Assembly: GCA_035395685.1 (NCBI GenBank)
Contig: DAOPBR010000010.1
Location: 4-64,003, forward strand
Direction of reading: 5' to 3'
Source: Spirochaetota bacterium
GTDB taxonomy: Bacteria > Spirochaetota > UBA4802 > JAFGJZ01
DNA: 64,000 nucleotides
A program made the position numbers and the translations under genes. The first letter of the stretch is position 1, and each line of letters begins with the position of its first letter. Shown here in pieces: positions 56,176 through 64,000 of this stretch. The notes under the pieces were generated by a model that did not search any database, had not been told where the DNA came from, and saw only the letters and a program-made list of their open reading frames with translations.

Positions 56176-57219
56176 TCAGAGTCTGGCAACGATATCATCA
56201 CCGACTTCACTTGTCTTGTTATTTCCGCCTCTATCCGGAGTCTTTATCTTGTCATCCTTGAGGTGTTCTATTACGGCAGCTTCGATTTTCTTTGCAATTT
56301 CTTTTTCACCGAGAAATTCAATCATCATGGCACAGCTCATTATTGCCGCGATAGGATTCGCTTTCTGCTGACCTGCTATATCCGGCGCAGAACCGTGAAC
56401 AGGTTCAAACATTGAAGGCATTTCGCGTGTCGGATTAAGATTCGCGCTTCCGGCAAAACCGATTCCGCCTGTTACAATCGCAGAAATATCTGTCAGGATG
56501 TCGCCGAAAAGATTAGAAGCAACAATAACGTCAAAAGTTTCAGGGCATCTCACAAGATTCATCGCCGCCGCATCGACATACATTTTAGTGTATTTTATAT
56601 CAGGATAATCAGCGGCAACTTCTTCAAGAATTTCATCCCACATAACCATGCTGTATTTGAGAACATTCGATTTTGTGATGCTTGTTACATGTTTCTTAAC
56701 GCGTTTTTTCGCAGTTTCAAAAGCGTAACGTATAATTCTTTCAACGCCTATACGCGTGAAATAATTAATCTGCATCGCACATTCCTGCTGTGTTCCGACA
56801 TAGTGTCTTCCGCCGAGAGTAGTATACTCGCCTTCCGTGTTTTCACGGATACATACAAGGTCAATATCAAATTCCTTTTTGTCTTTCAGCGGCGTGCCTA
56901 CGCCGGGAAGCAGTACTGACGGACGAATGTTTACATACTGGTCGAAATTTTTTCTCATCATAAGAAGAGGCTCAACAGCAATATGTTCAGGCGCCTTGTC
57001 CTTATTACCGAGTGCTCCGAGAAGAATGGCATCGAACCCTCTCAGCTGTTCAATAAAATCTTCAGGCGCGCAATGGCCGATTTTGGCATAAAGCGACGAA
57101 TTCCAGTCAAATTTTGTCGTAGTGCAGTCAAGATTCACTTTTTTGATTACTTTTTCAGCTTCTGCAACAACCTCAGGTCCGATTCCGTCTCCGGGATAAA
57201 GAGCTATTTTATAAGCCAT
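56176..57219 (-). CDS. Isocitrate/isopropylmalate dehydrogenase-family enzyme (LeuB / tartrate dehydrogenase-like)
   Basis: 347 aa. Motifs IALYPGDGIGPEV, VCIRENTEGEY and NLFGDILTD. The substrate cannot be assigned from sequence alone. Confidence 0.75.
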   Translation of the reverse strand: MAYKIALYPGDGIGPEVVAEAEKVIKKVNLDCTTTKFDWNSSLYAKIGHCAPEDFIEQLRGFDAILLGALGNKDKAPEHIAVEPLLMMRKNFDQYVNIRPSVLLPGVGTPLKDKKEFDIDLVCIRENTEGEYTTLGGRHYVGTQQECAMQINYFTRIGVERIIRYAFETAKKRVKKHVTSITKSNVLKYSMVMWDEILEEVAADYPDIKYTKMYVDAAAMNLVRCPETFDVIVASNLFGDILTDISAIVTGGIGFAGSANLNPTREMPSMFEPVHGSAPDIAGQQKANPIAAIMSCAMMIEFLGEKEIAKKIEAAVIEHLKDDKIKTPDRGGNNKTSEVGDDIVARL

Positions 57220-57314
57220 ATTTCTCTCCTTTATTTAACGCCCTTGGGCATATTTTCAAATCCATCAACTTAACATATTCTTAAGTCTATTAAATATTTG
57301 TAAAGTATATTTTT

Positions 57315-59696
57315 TTACTTTAAAGCAGCAATCGTGACTCCGTCGCCGCCCTCACCCTGCTGGCCGCTTCTTGAGCTCAAAACATAATAACTGAATTTGA
57401 GATGACTGCGCACTGCATCTTTTAAAGCACCGGTTCCGTGACCGTGAATAACAACCGCAGTCTTAATGCTTTTAGCCATCATTGAATCAAGATCAGAATC
57501 GAGTTTTGACAAAGCTTCGTCTACGCGCATTCCGCGGAGATCTACTGTATTATAGGATGTCTGAATTGTAAGAGGAATATCATTCGGTTCAATATTTATC
57601 GGACGTGCCTGAAAAATCTGACGTGGTTCTTTTCTATCCTTAACGGCAAAAACATCCTTGAAGGAATATTTCGAACGGATTGAATTACCGAAGATTACAT
57701 TGAGTTTCTTGTTCTTCACATCTATTGATTCGACAATCCCTTCGGCCTCAAGAGGAATCACAAAAACAGAAGAACCCTTAGTGCATTTTTCCGGATTGAA
57801 CTTTTCATACTTGTCTTCAAAAAAATCCTTTCTGATATCAAGAATACTCTCCTCTGTTTTTTTCTTTTCAGAGACAATTTCATCCCTTATTTTTTCGGCA
57901 TCTTTTAAAGTGAGCTGATTGAGCTCTCTGATTCTATTCTGTATTCTCTCATGAGCAGTTTTGAGTTCTTCTATAAATTCTATTCCCTTTGCTTCCTTTG
58001 CCTCACGAACTGCCTGTTTGAGTTTTGTCTCAAGTTCTTCATTGGAAGAAATCTTTTCAAGAAGTTCCTTTCTGATTTCTGCCACAGCATCACGTTCAAC
58101 TGCAAGCTCAGTCTCGTATCTGTGAAGTTTCTCAAGCAGAGCATCAGCATTCAAATCATCCGATCCGGCAACTTCCTTCGCTCGCGAAATAATATGACCG
58201 GGCATTTTCATAAGATCGGCGATTTCGAAAGTATAGCTCATTCCAGGAAGATTACGCTTCAAAATAAATGTAGGCTTAAGCGATTCTGGATCAAAAAGAA
58301 CGGAGGCATTCATAAAACGCGTATCTTCAGACGCCATTTTTTTCAGTTCGGGATAATGGGTAGTAACTATAAATTTAAAATTTTTGCCGGCAAATTCTTC
58401 CAATACGCTTCTTGCAAGAGCAGCTCCGTAATGCGGATTGGTCCCTGAAATAATCTCATCCACAAGGATAAGAGTTTTTCCAGATGGTGAATTTATCATA
58501 TCCGTCAAATTTTTTATCTGACCCGAATATGTTGAAAGCGACATGGAAATACTCTGATCGTCGCCTATGTCGGCGTATATATTGTCGAAAAAAGATATTT
58601 TCGAATCAGGAGATGCAGGTATCAGCAAACCGTGCCGGACCATGAGAGCGCACAAACCTGCCGTTTTTAGAACTACTGTTTTTCCCCCGGCATTAGCTCC
58701 CGAGATGACCATGCCGCAGTTTGAATTATCCAGAATAATATCGTTCGCAACGACACCGTCCTTATTCATCAGATAAAGAAGAGGATGCCTCGCGGAATAT
58801 AATACAATTTCATTTTCATCTGAAATCTGCGGCTTCTCCGCTTTTATCAATTCAGAAAAAACAGCGAGTGAATTCAGAAAATCTATCTTTCCATAGACAT
58901 GCGCGTTCGTTTTTATCTCATCGGCATTATCGCATATTTTCTGTGCAATTTCCGCAACGGCTTTTGATATTTCTATTCCGTATTCAAACTGCCTTGAAGC
59001 GTAAAGGGAATTGTGTTCACGTATTTCATCCGGTTCAAAATAAACAGTCTGCATGGAATTTGATACGTCATGAATGGAACCGGAGAGTGCACCTCTGGAA
59101 CTCGATTTTAGAAGAATCACGAATCTTCCGCTTCTAGTATCATGAACCTTTTCCTGAAGATGCTTGTCATATGCGGGCGAATTCATAATACGTGAAATCT
59201 GTGACAGAATCTGTTTTTTCAAAGAATCTATTTCATGCTGAAGGCGCTTCAGCGCGGGGAACTTATCAACGACAAGCTCACCCGAATCAGTTAGTACCGA
59301 AGAAAGATAATCCTTAACAGAAGAAATATCGGAAAATGAAAGATCATCGTCAGAAGATATTTGCGGAAGAGATTCTCGGTGAGATGAAATCTGACGTCTT
59401 AAAATTTCCGAAGCGATTACGGCGCGGCGTATTTTAAATATATCTTCCAGACCGACTTCGCTTCCCTTTGAAATCCGTGCTACGGCTTTGTCAATGTTTT
59501 CAATTTCAGAAACAGCCATACGTTCAAACTCAATTCTAAAATCCATGATCTCTTTTATCATGTTCATTCTTTTTTGCGATTCATCCAGCGCCATAGGTGC
59601 AAATGAATCGAGTTCAGCTGAACCGTATTCTGTTTTTATAAATTCGGATATCTTTGAAGTAATCTCATTAAAATCGAGTGAATCGTTTATGTTCAT
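57315..59696 (-). CDS. mutS2: Endonuclease MutS2 (MutS ATPase plus C-terminal Smr domain)
   Basis: Walker A GANAGGKT, DEIISGTNP, a coiled-coil middle region, and Smr segment VDLRGMRVDEAL...IHGHGTGALK. Confidence 0.9.
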   Translation of the reverse strand: MNINDSLDFNEITSKISEFIKTEYGSAELDSFAPMALDESQKRMNMIKEIMDFRIEFERMAVSEIENIDKAVARISKGSEVGLEDIFKIRRAVIASEILRRQISSHRESLPQISSDDDLSFSDISSVKDYLSSVLTDSGELVVDKFPALKRLQHEIDSLKKQILSQISRIMNSPAYDKHLQEKVHDTRSGRFVILLKSSSRGALSGSIHDVSNSMQTVYFEPDEIREHNSLYASRQFEYGIEISKAVAEIAQKICDNADEIKTNAHVYGKIDFLNSLAVFSELIKAEKPQISDENEIVLYSARHPLLYLMNKDGVVANDIILDNSNCGMVISGANAGGKTVVLKTAGLCALMVRHGLLIPASPDSKISFFDNIYADIGDDQSISMSLSTYSGQIKNLTDMINSPSGKTLILVDEIISGTNPHYGAALARSVLEEFAGKNFKFIVTTHYPELKKMASEDTRFMNASVLFDPESLKPTFILKRNLPGMSYTFEIADLMKMPGHIISRAKEVAGSDDLNADALLEKLHRYETELAVERDAVAEIRKELLEKISSNEELETKLKQAVREAKEAKGIEFIEELKTAHERIQNRIRELNQLTLKDAEKIRDEIVSEKKKTEESILDIRKDFFEDKYEKFNPEKCTKGSSVFVIPLEAEGIVESIDVKNKKLNVIFGNSIRSKYSFKDVFAVKDRKEPRQIFQARPINIEPNDIPLTIQTSYNTVDLRGMRVDEALSKLDSDLDSMMAKSIKTAVVIHGHGTGALKDAVRSHLKFSYYVLSSRSGQQGEGGDGVTIAALK

Positions 59697-59770
59697 ATTA
59701 TTAAACCGTCAATAAGTCTCCGGAAAATTTCATGTTTATCTGGGCATTGTAATAAAAAAGCGCTAAAACC

Positions 59771-60403
59771 TCAACCATTATATAAAGAAGAAGCACGGTC
59801 ATACAAATTCATTCTATAAATCCAGAAAAGAAGTGCGTTACGGAAACGTCTTTGTACACGTATATAAAGCTTCTCATGAAAAGAAATATTTTCTTCATAC
59901 TTAACAGCCTTATCTGCGGCAAAGCCGGAAACATCATAACCGTGATCATGCGCCATATCGATTATTCTATAAAGATGAAACAACTGTGATACTGCTGTTA
60001 TTTTTTTATTTTTATATTTTTCAAGCGTTCTCAGTGTGTCATGTGTATCACAGCCGGAATAATCCTTTATGATAAATTCATGAGGAATATTTCTTAATAC
60101 AAGATATTTTGAAATGGAATCAACTTCATGCTTTCCGTTTCCGCTTACAAGAATTGCCGCATTCTTCTTCATAAAGAGGATACATGCAGCATCTGCTCTT
60201 TGCCGCACAACCGGTGAAAGTTCTCCGTTAGAATAAACTCTTGCACCGAATAGAACAATTAAATCATAAGACGAAGCGGCATCGGCTGAAACAAATATTC
60301 TGTCTTCATACGAAAACAAATCCGGAGTAAACCAAAGAAATAAAATCATAAAAAAAACCGGTATAAAAAAAATTACCGGTATTTTTATCGATTTACTTGT
60401 CAT
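59771..60403 (-). CDS. SanA/YdcF (DUF218) family membrane-anchored protein
   Basis: N-terminal TM segment. Motifs YDLIVLFGARV...SPVVRQRADAA and ILVSGNG. The start is taken at the internal ATG 60403. Confidence 0.65.
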   Translation of the reverse strand: MTSKSIKIPVIFFIPVFFMILFLWFTPDLFSYEDRIFVSADAASSYDLIVLFGARVYSNGELSPVVRQRADAACILFMKKNAAILVSGNGKHEVDSISKYLVLRNIPHEFIIKDYSGCDTHDTLRTLEKYKNKKITAVSQLFHLYRIIDMAHDHGYDVSGFAADKAVKYEENISFHEKLYIRVQRRFRNALLFWIYRMNLYDRASSLYNG

Positions 60404-60584
60404 CAGCCTTTCTCCGGCCGCTGAAAAAAATAACAAAAGCCGCAATCAAAAGAACAATATCAACAGTGCTTTCAATTCTTTCCGGCAGATGAATGCCGAA
60501 AAAATGTCCGGCCAGACCCAGAGAAATAAAAGCAACAGCAATTACAATCAGCATAATACGTCTTAAAAAAGGTGAAATCTTCAC
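60393..60584 (-). CDS. Small two-TM membrane protein
   Basis: GTG start at 60584 with a GGAGG RBS 5 nt upstream. Two hydrophobic helices. 11-nt overlap with the DUF218 gene. Confidence 0.4.
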   Translation of the reverse strand: MKISPFLRRIMLIVIAVAFISLGLAGHFFGIHLPERIESTVDIVLLIAAFVIFFSGRRKADDK

Positions 60585-60721
60585 AATAACCTCCGGAAAT
60601 ACTAATATAGACACAATTCAATGTACAGAAAGCCCTTACAAGCATATTTTCATCAAACCGTCTGCTGAATATAAATATCAATTTTTCTGCCTGCTTTCAG
60701 ACAATACCGACAATATTAACC

Positions 60722-60750
60722 TTGACGTATTACAGCATTGTCTTTAGTCT
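60722..60750 (+). promoter_or_regulatory. Candidate promoter of the CorA-like gene
   Basis: TTGACG, 17-nt spacer, TAGTCT. Confidence 0.3.
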
Positions 60751-60802
60751 TACGAAACTAGCAGACAGGCAATACGGCATACTTCCGGCAAAGGGTATAG
60801 GC

Positions 60803-61729
60803 ATGAAAAAATTTTTGACTATTGCGGAAGGCAGAATCACTCCTTCCGATGAAAACGGCAAGATTATCATTTACCTCAATCCCGATCATGCTGAAAAAGA
60901 AGAACTGCTTAACAAGCACAATATTGATGAACACAATCTCAATTCGGCCCTTGACCCCGATGAAATAAGCCGTCTCGAATTCGAAGAAGACCATACAGTC
61001 GTTATTTTCAAAAGACCGAAAAATTATTCAACAAACGATAATCTTCTTTTTAAAGTTACATCATTCGGAGTTTTTTATTTCAAAGACAGAATTGTAATAG
61101 TCCAGCCGGACGAAATTCAGATGTTTGAAGACAAACAATCTCAAAAAGTCGACTCGCTTAATGAAGCTTTTCTAAAACTCATTTATGCGACTATTTCTCA
61201 TTTTCTAGGTCACCTCAAAGTCATCAATATGATTTCGGATTCGATTGAGCAGAAAATTGAATCCAGCACAGACAGCAAATACATGATGCATCTATACACA
61301 CTCGAAAAGTCCCTGGTATATTATCTCACGGGAATAAATTCAAACTCATCAGTAATTGAAAAAATTAAGTTCTATTCAAACAAGTTTTCGTTCACGGAAG
61401 AAAATATTGAAGTTCTTGATGATATGATCATTGAAAACAATCAGTGCAGAAATCTTTCACGGACATATTCAGAAATTCTATCCGTCATGATTACAGCCAG
61501 AAATTCAATCGCAAGCGACAAACTGAGTTCTGTAATGAGACGTCTCACTGTCATAACAACGATCTTCATGCCGTTGACAATGATTACCGGAATCGGCGGA
61601 ATGAGTGAATGGTCTATGATGACAGGCGGTCCGGACAACTGGCCTATATCATACCTTCTTTTTCTAGTCGGATTACTAGGACTCGGAGTCGGAACATACT
61701 ATATTTTCAAATGGAAAGACTGGGTCTGA
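60803..61729 (+). CDS. corA: CorA/MIT-superfamily divalent-cation channel with a non-canonical GMS signature
   Basis: C-terminal two-TM core LTVITTIFMPLTMITGIGGMSEW...WPISYLLFLVGLLGLGVGTYYIF. Start at the internal ATG 60803. Confidence 0.7.
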   Translation: MKKFLTIAEGRITPSDENGKIIIYLNPDHAEKEELLNKHNIDEHNLNSALDPDEISRLEFEEDHTVVIFKRPKNYSTNDNLLFKVTSFGVFYFKDRIVIVQPDEIQMFEDKQSQKVDSLNEAFLKLIYATISHFLGHLKVINMISDSIEQKIESSTDSKYMMHLYTLEKSLVYYLTGINSNSSVIEKIKFYSNKFSFTEENIEVLDDMIIENNQCRNLSRTYSEILSVMITARNSIASDKLSSVMRRLTVITTIFMPLTMITGIGGMSEWSMMTGGPDNWPISYLLFLVGLLGLGVGTYYIFKWKDWV

Positions 61730-61733
61730 TTTT

Positions 61734-62801
61734 TTAATCAATCAGATCTCCAATCCTTTCCTTAAGAAAAAAAGCATCCTTTTTAAAAAAGGCATCGGAT
61801 ACAACTTTCTTCAGACTCGAAAGCTCCATTTCCGCGCGCTGATCATTCTGTTTTTTCTTGCGCAATTCTTCATCATCAAAACCGAGATTTCGCGAAATTA
61901 CAGATTCATTTATCGAATGGATATTCGCGATATTATTAATATGTTTCTGCGAAAGCGATTTGGCAATTTCAAAAAAAAGCGAACTGTCGCTTCCGGAAAG
62001 ATCCTTGAGATCATTCTGAGTAATCTTAGTAAGAACCACATTATTCATTGCACGAAGTGTCGCGCTTCTATTTTCGCCGAGAAGAAGGGCAATTTCACCG
62101 ATCGCGCTGCCCGGTTCATCTATAACTGCAACACGGCTCTCCCCTATCAGAACTTCAACTGATCCTCTTTGAAGAATAAACATTTCACGTCCGAGTTCGC
62201 CCTGCGAAAAAATAACAGCCGATTTCGGATACTCTATCATCTTATCCGAAAACGAAGCCGCAGACTCAATCTTCACAGGCTGTGCTGTTTTAAAATATAT
62301 TTCACCCTTTTTAAAAACAAGGCTGGCATGATACTTCGAGAGTATATCTTTCAGCCACGGGAGCTTGCGCTTTTCATACTCTTCCAGAATCACGGATATT
62401 ATTTTATAATATTCAAGACAAACCTGCTGGGGAGATTTCGATTCTGCAGTCAGAAGCTTTCGGTTTTCCTGTATTATTTTATTCGTCAGAACCACCTGGC
62501 GGGCTATTACCATAGAAAGATTCATTATAAATGAAAACTGATTCAGACTTTCGTAAAACTTATCCGCAGGAATTTTTTTTACACAGGCGTCTTTGTCCAG
62601 AAGAACCGTTTCCTGCCTGAGCACAGGCTGACCGATCGCCTTTGACATAATCAGCTCAGAAGCTCCGATAATGAAATTCTGACCTTTCAGGGAATATTTA
62701 TCGGAGTTTGAGATATAGTAATAAATTCCGCCGTGACTCAGAAAGTAAGCGGCATCAGAATCCGAATCCTTTTCGTAAAGCCGTAAATAATCACTACTCA
62801 T
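61734..62801 (-). CDS. Cyclic-nucleotide-binding-domain protein (one clear CNB domain, one degenerate N-terminal copy)
   Basis: Motif FSQGELGREMFILQRGSVEV...GEIALLLGENRSATLRA. ATGA overlap with the upstream CheY-like gene. Confidence 0.75.
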   Translation of the reverse strand: MSSDYLRLYEKDSDSDAAYFLSHGGIYYYISNSDKYSLKGQNFIIGASELIMSKAIGQPVLRQETVLLDKDACVKKIPADKFYESLNQFSFIMNLSMVIARQVVLTNKIIQENRKLLTAESKSPQQVCLEYYKIISVILEEYEKRKLPWLKDILSKYHASLVFKKGEIYFKTAQPVKIESAASFSDKMIEYPKSAVIFSQGELGREMFILQRGSVEVLIGESRVAVIDEPGSAIGEIALLLGENRSATLRAMNNVVLTKITQNDLKDLSGSDSSLFFEIAKSLSQKHINNIANIHSINESVISRNLGFDDEELRKKKQNDQRAEMELSSLKKVVSDAFFKKDAFFLKERIGDLID

Positions 62802-63154
62802 ATAAGACTGTTTACAGCCGATAAGAGCTGTTCTTTTGTAAAAGGTTTTGTAAGATAGGCCTTGGCATTAACACTTGTACGCGTGCCCTTCATGGTAGTC
62901 TCATTCAAAGCCGAAACCATTATAATCTTTGCATCAGCATCAAATTTGGTAATATCTTCCAGAGCCTCAACTCCGTCCTTTCCCCACATTGTTACGTCCA
63001 TTGTGACAACATCGGGCTTATGCTGTTTATAAAATTCAACTGCATCATTACCGTTTTCAGCTTCGGCGATAACAGTGTGTCCGCCATCTTCAAGTGCATT
63101 ACGAATGATTCCTCTCATAAATTTTGAATCATCCACTATCATAATTTTCGCCAT
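62798..63154 (-). CDS. Single-domain CheY-like response regulator
   Basis: 118 aa. Motifs IMIVDDS, VVTMDVTMWGKDG and LTKPF. GAGGA RBS. Confidence 0.9.
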   Translation of the reverse strand: MAKIMIVDDSKFMRGIIRNALEDGGHTVIAEAENGNDAVEFYKQHKPDVVTMDVTMWGKDGVEALEDITKFDADAKIIMVSALNETTMKGTRTSVNAKAYLTKPFTKEQLLSAVNSLI

Positions 63155-63236
63155 AAAGTCCTCTTATTTATTGTTATTATCGGCAGAAACAGTCCTTCAA
63201 TCAGCTGAAAAAAGCAAAGTGACAAAGTCTGCAATT

Positions 63237-64000
63237 TTATTCTAGAGTATAATTCTTTATAAAAACAGCAGCTTCGGCAAACGGAATAGGCTTTGAATGA
63301 ATATATCCCTGTGAATATTCACAGCCGAATTCTGAAAGCATTGATACATGCTCCGCGTCCTCGGCTCCCTCTGCAACAATTTTCATCTGAAGCCCGTGAG
63401 CCAGACCGACAATTGATTTTACTATATGCTCACTCTGCTCGTCAACATGCATCCATTTTACAAATGATTTGTCGATTTTAATGACATCAACAGGAAAGTG
63501 CTGAAGATAGCTGAGCGAAGAATAACCTGTCCCGAAATCGTCCATATAAATGAGATGACCGTCTTTTTTAAGGCGGAGCAAAGTGATATTTGATTTTGCC
63601 ATATCTTCCATGAATGCACTTTCAGTAATTTCAAATGCCAGATATTTTGTTTTAATCGAATTACGCCTAACCTCATTTTCGATATAGTCGACTATATCCT
63701 CATTAAGAAACTCCTTGGCGGAAATATTGACGCTTATCCTGAACTCTTCAGGAAATCCGGTTTTTATTCCTTCGGCGATATCCGAACAAACTTTCTTTAT
63801 CATATGCCGCGTCAGTTTTCCGATTATTCCGCTTTTTTCAGCAACCGGAATAAAAAGATCAGGAGGAATAATTTCACCGTTTTCGGAAATAATTCTGGAT
63901 AGAGCCTCAAAACCGCTGCATTTTTTGTGAGCAAGAGAAATAATCGGCTGATAATTCACAAGAACACGGTCTTCATCAATAGCAGACAAAACCTTTTTTT
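63237..64000 (-). CDS. EAL-domain c-di-GMP phosphodiesterase; the 5' end lies beyond the window
   Basis: Motifs FEALSRI, DDFGTGYSSL, KIDKSF and EGAED. The frame stays open upstream of the listed TTG (..KKV-) to position 64000. Confidence 0.8.
   Translation of the reverse strand, partial: KKVLSAIDEDRVLVNYQPIISLAHKKCSGFEALSRIISENGEIIPPDLFIPVAEKSGIIGKLTRHMIKKVCSDIAEGIKTGFPEEFRISVNISAKEFLNEDIVDYIENEVRRNSIKTKYLAFEITESAFMEDMAKSNITLLRLKKDGHLIYMDDFGTGYSSLSYLQHFPVDVIKIDKSFVKWMHVDEQSEHIVKSIVGLAHGLQMKIVAEGAEDAEHVSMLSEFGCEYSQGYIHSKPIPFAEAAVFIKNYTLE

Noticed and set aside
60615-60802. Possible Mg2+ (M-box) riboswitch upstream of the CorA-like gene, suggested by nested stems (CTGCCTGCT.../AGCAGACAG, AGACAAT/ATTGTCT)
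   Set aside because: I could not recognise the conserved M-box core sequences. A promoter-like TTGACG-17-TAGTCT lies inside the putative structure, so most of it would not be transcribed.
1-64000. Search for mobile elements, prophage, toxin-antitoxin pairs, restriction-modification or known defence-system signatures
   Set aside because: No transposase, integrase, recombinase, methyltransferase, capsid/terminase or classical toxin motif was recognisable in any of the six-frame translations. The only defence-associated domain is the DUF1998-type helicase, which is discussed as a finding.

Overview
Dense 64-kb chromosomal window with about 56 protein genes and one tRNA. I saw no rRNA, CRISPR array, transposase, integrase or phage genes. 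All family calls come from reading motifs in the supplied translations and in my own hand translations; no database search was run.

Gene content points to an anaerobe: a multimeric [FeFe]-hydrogenase operon, a flavodiiron protein, Na+-translocating decarboxylase membrane subunits, type III glutamine synthetase and a YkgJ Cys-cluster protein. There is heavy signal transduction: two PAS hybrid kinases with the [10 protein letters not shown]-box, one degenerate copy, an MCP, CheY, an EAL protein and Crp/cNMP-binding proteins. Many lipoproteins are present. This would fit a Treponema-like spirochaete, but that is inference only. DNA-repair genes are frequent (ogt, ligA, mutS2, and a MrfA/MrfB-type helicase and exonuclease).

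Most interesting loci:
1. 47066-52875: a YprA/MrfA-type DUF1998 helicase and a YprB/MrfB-type RNase-H-fold exonuclease. They are normally adjacent partners, but here they are separated by five co-directional, partly translationally coupled genes. These are one unlisted 52-codon ORF, two paralogous lipoproteins and two paralogous beta-barrel-like secreted proteins.
2. 1-4256: a DRTGG / CBS-GHKL ATPase / DRTGG / PHP module plus an orphan GHKL ATPase embedded in the hydrogenase operon, with a Rex/CRP-type palindrome.
3. 9744-14452: a very AT-rich tandem ribbon-helix-helix-like ORF flanked by an exact 18-nt palindromic repeat. It precedes a PHP-phosphoesterase::GT4 glycosyltransferase fusion and a DUF4015-like glycoside hydrolase.
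4. 24715-28604: a sensor kinase whose phospho-accepting His is Asn and whose ATPase boxes are lost, coupled to a periplasmic binding protein.

Several RNA-level structures are also reported: an ABC-F leader, a 50-nt palindrome over a start codon, and an SD-sequestering hairpin.
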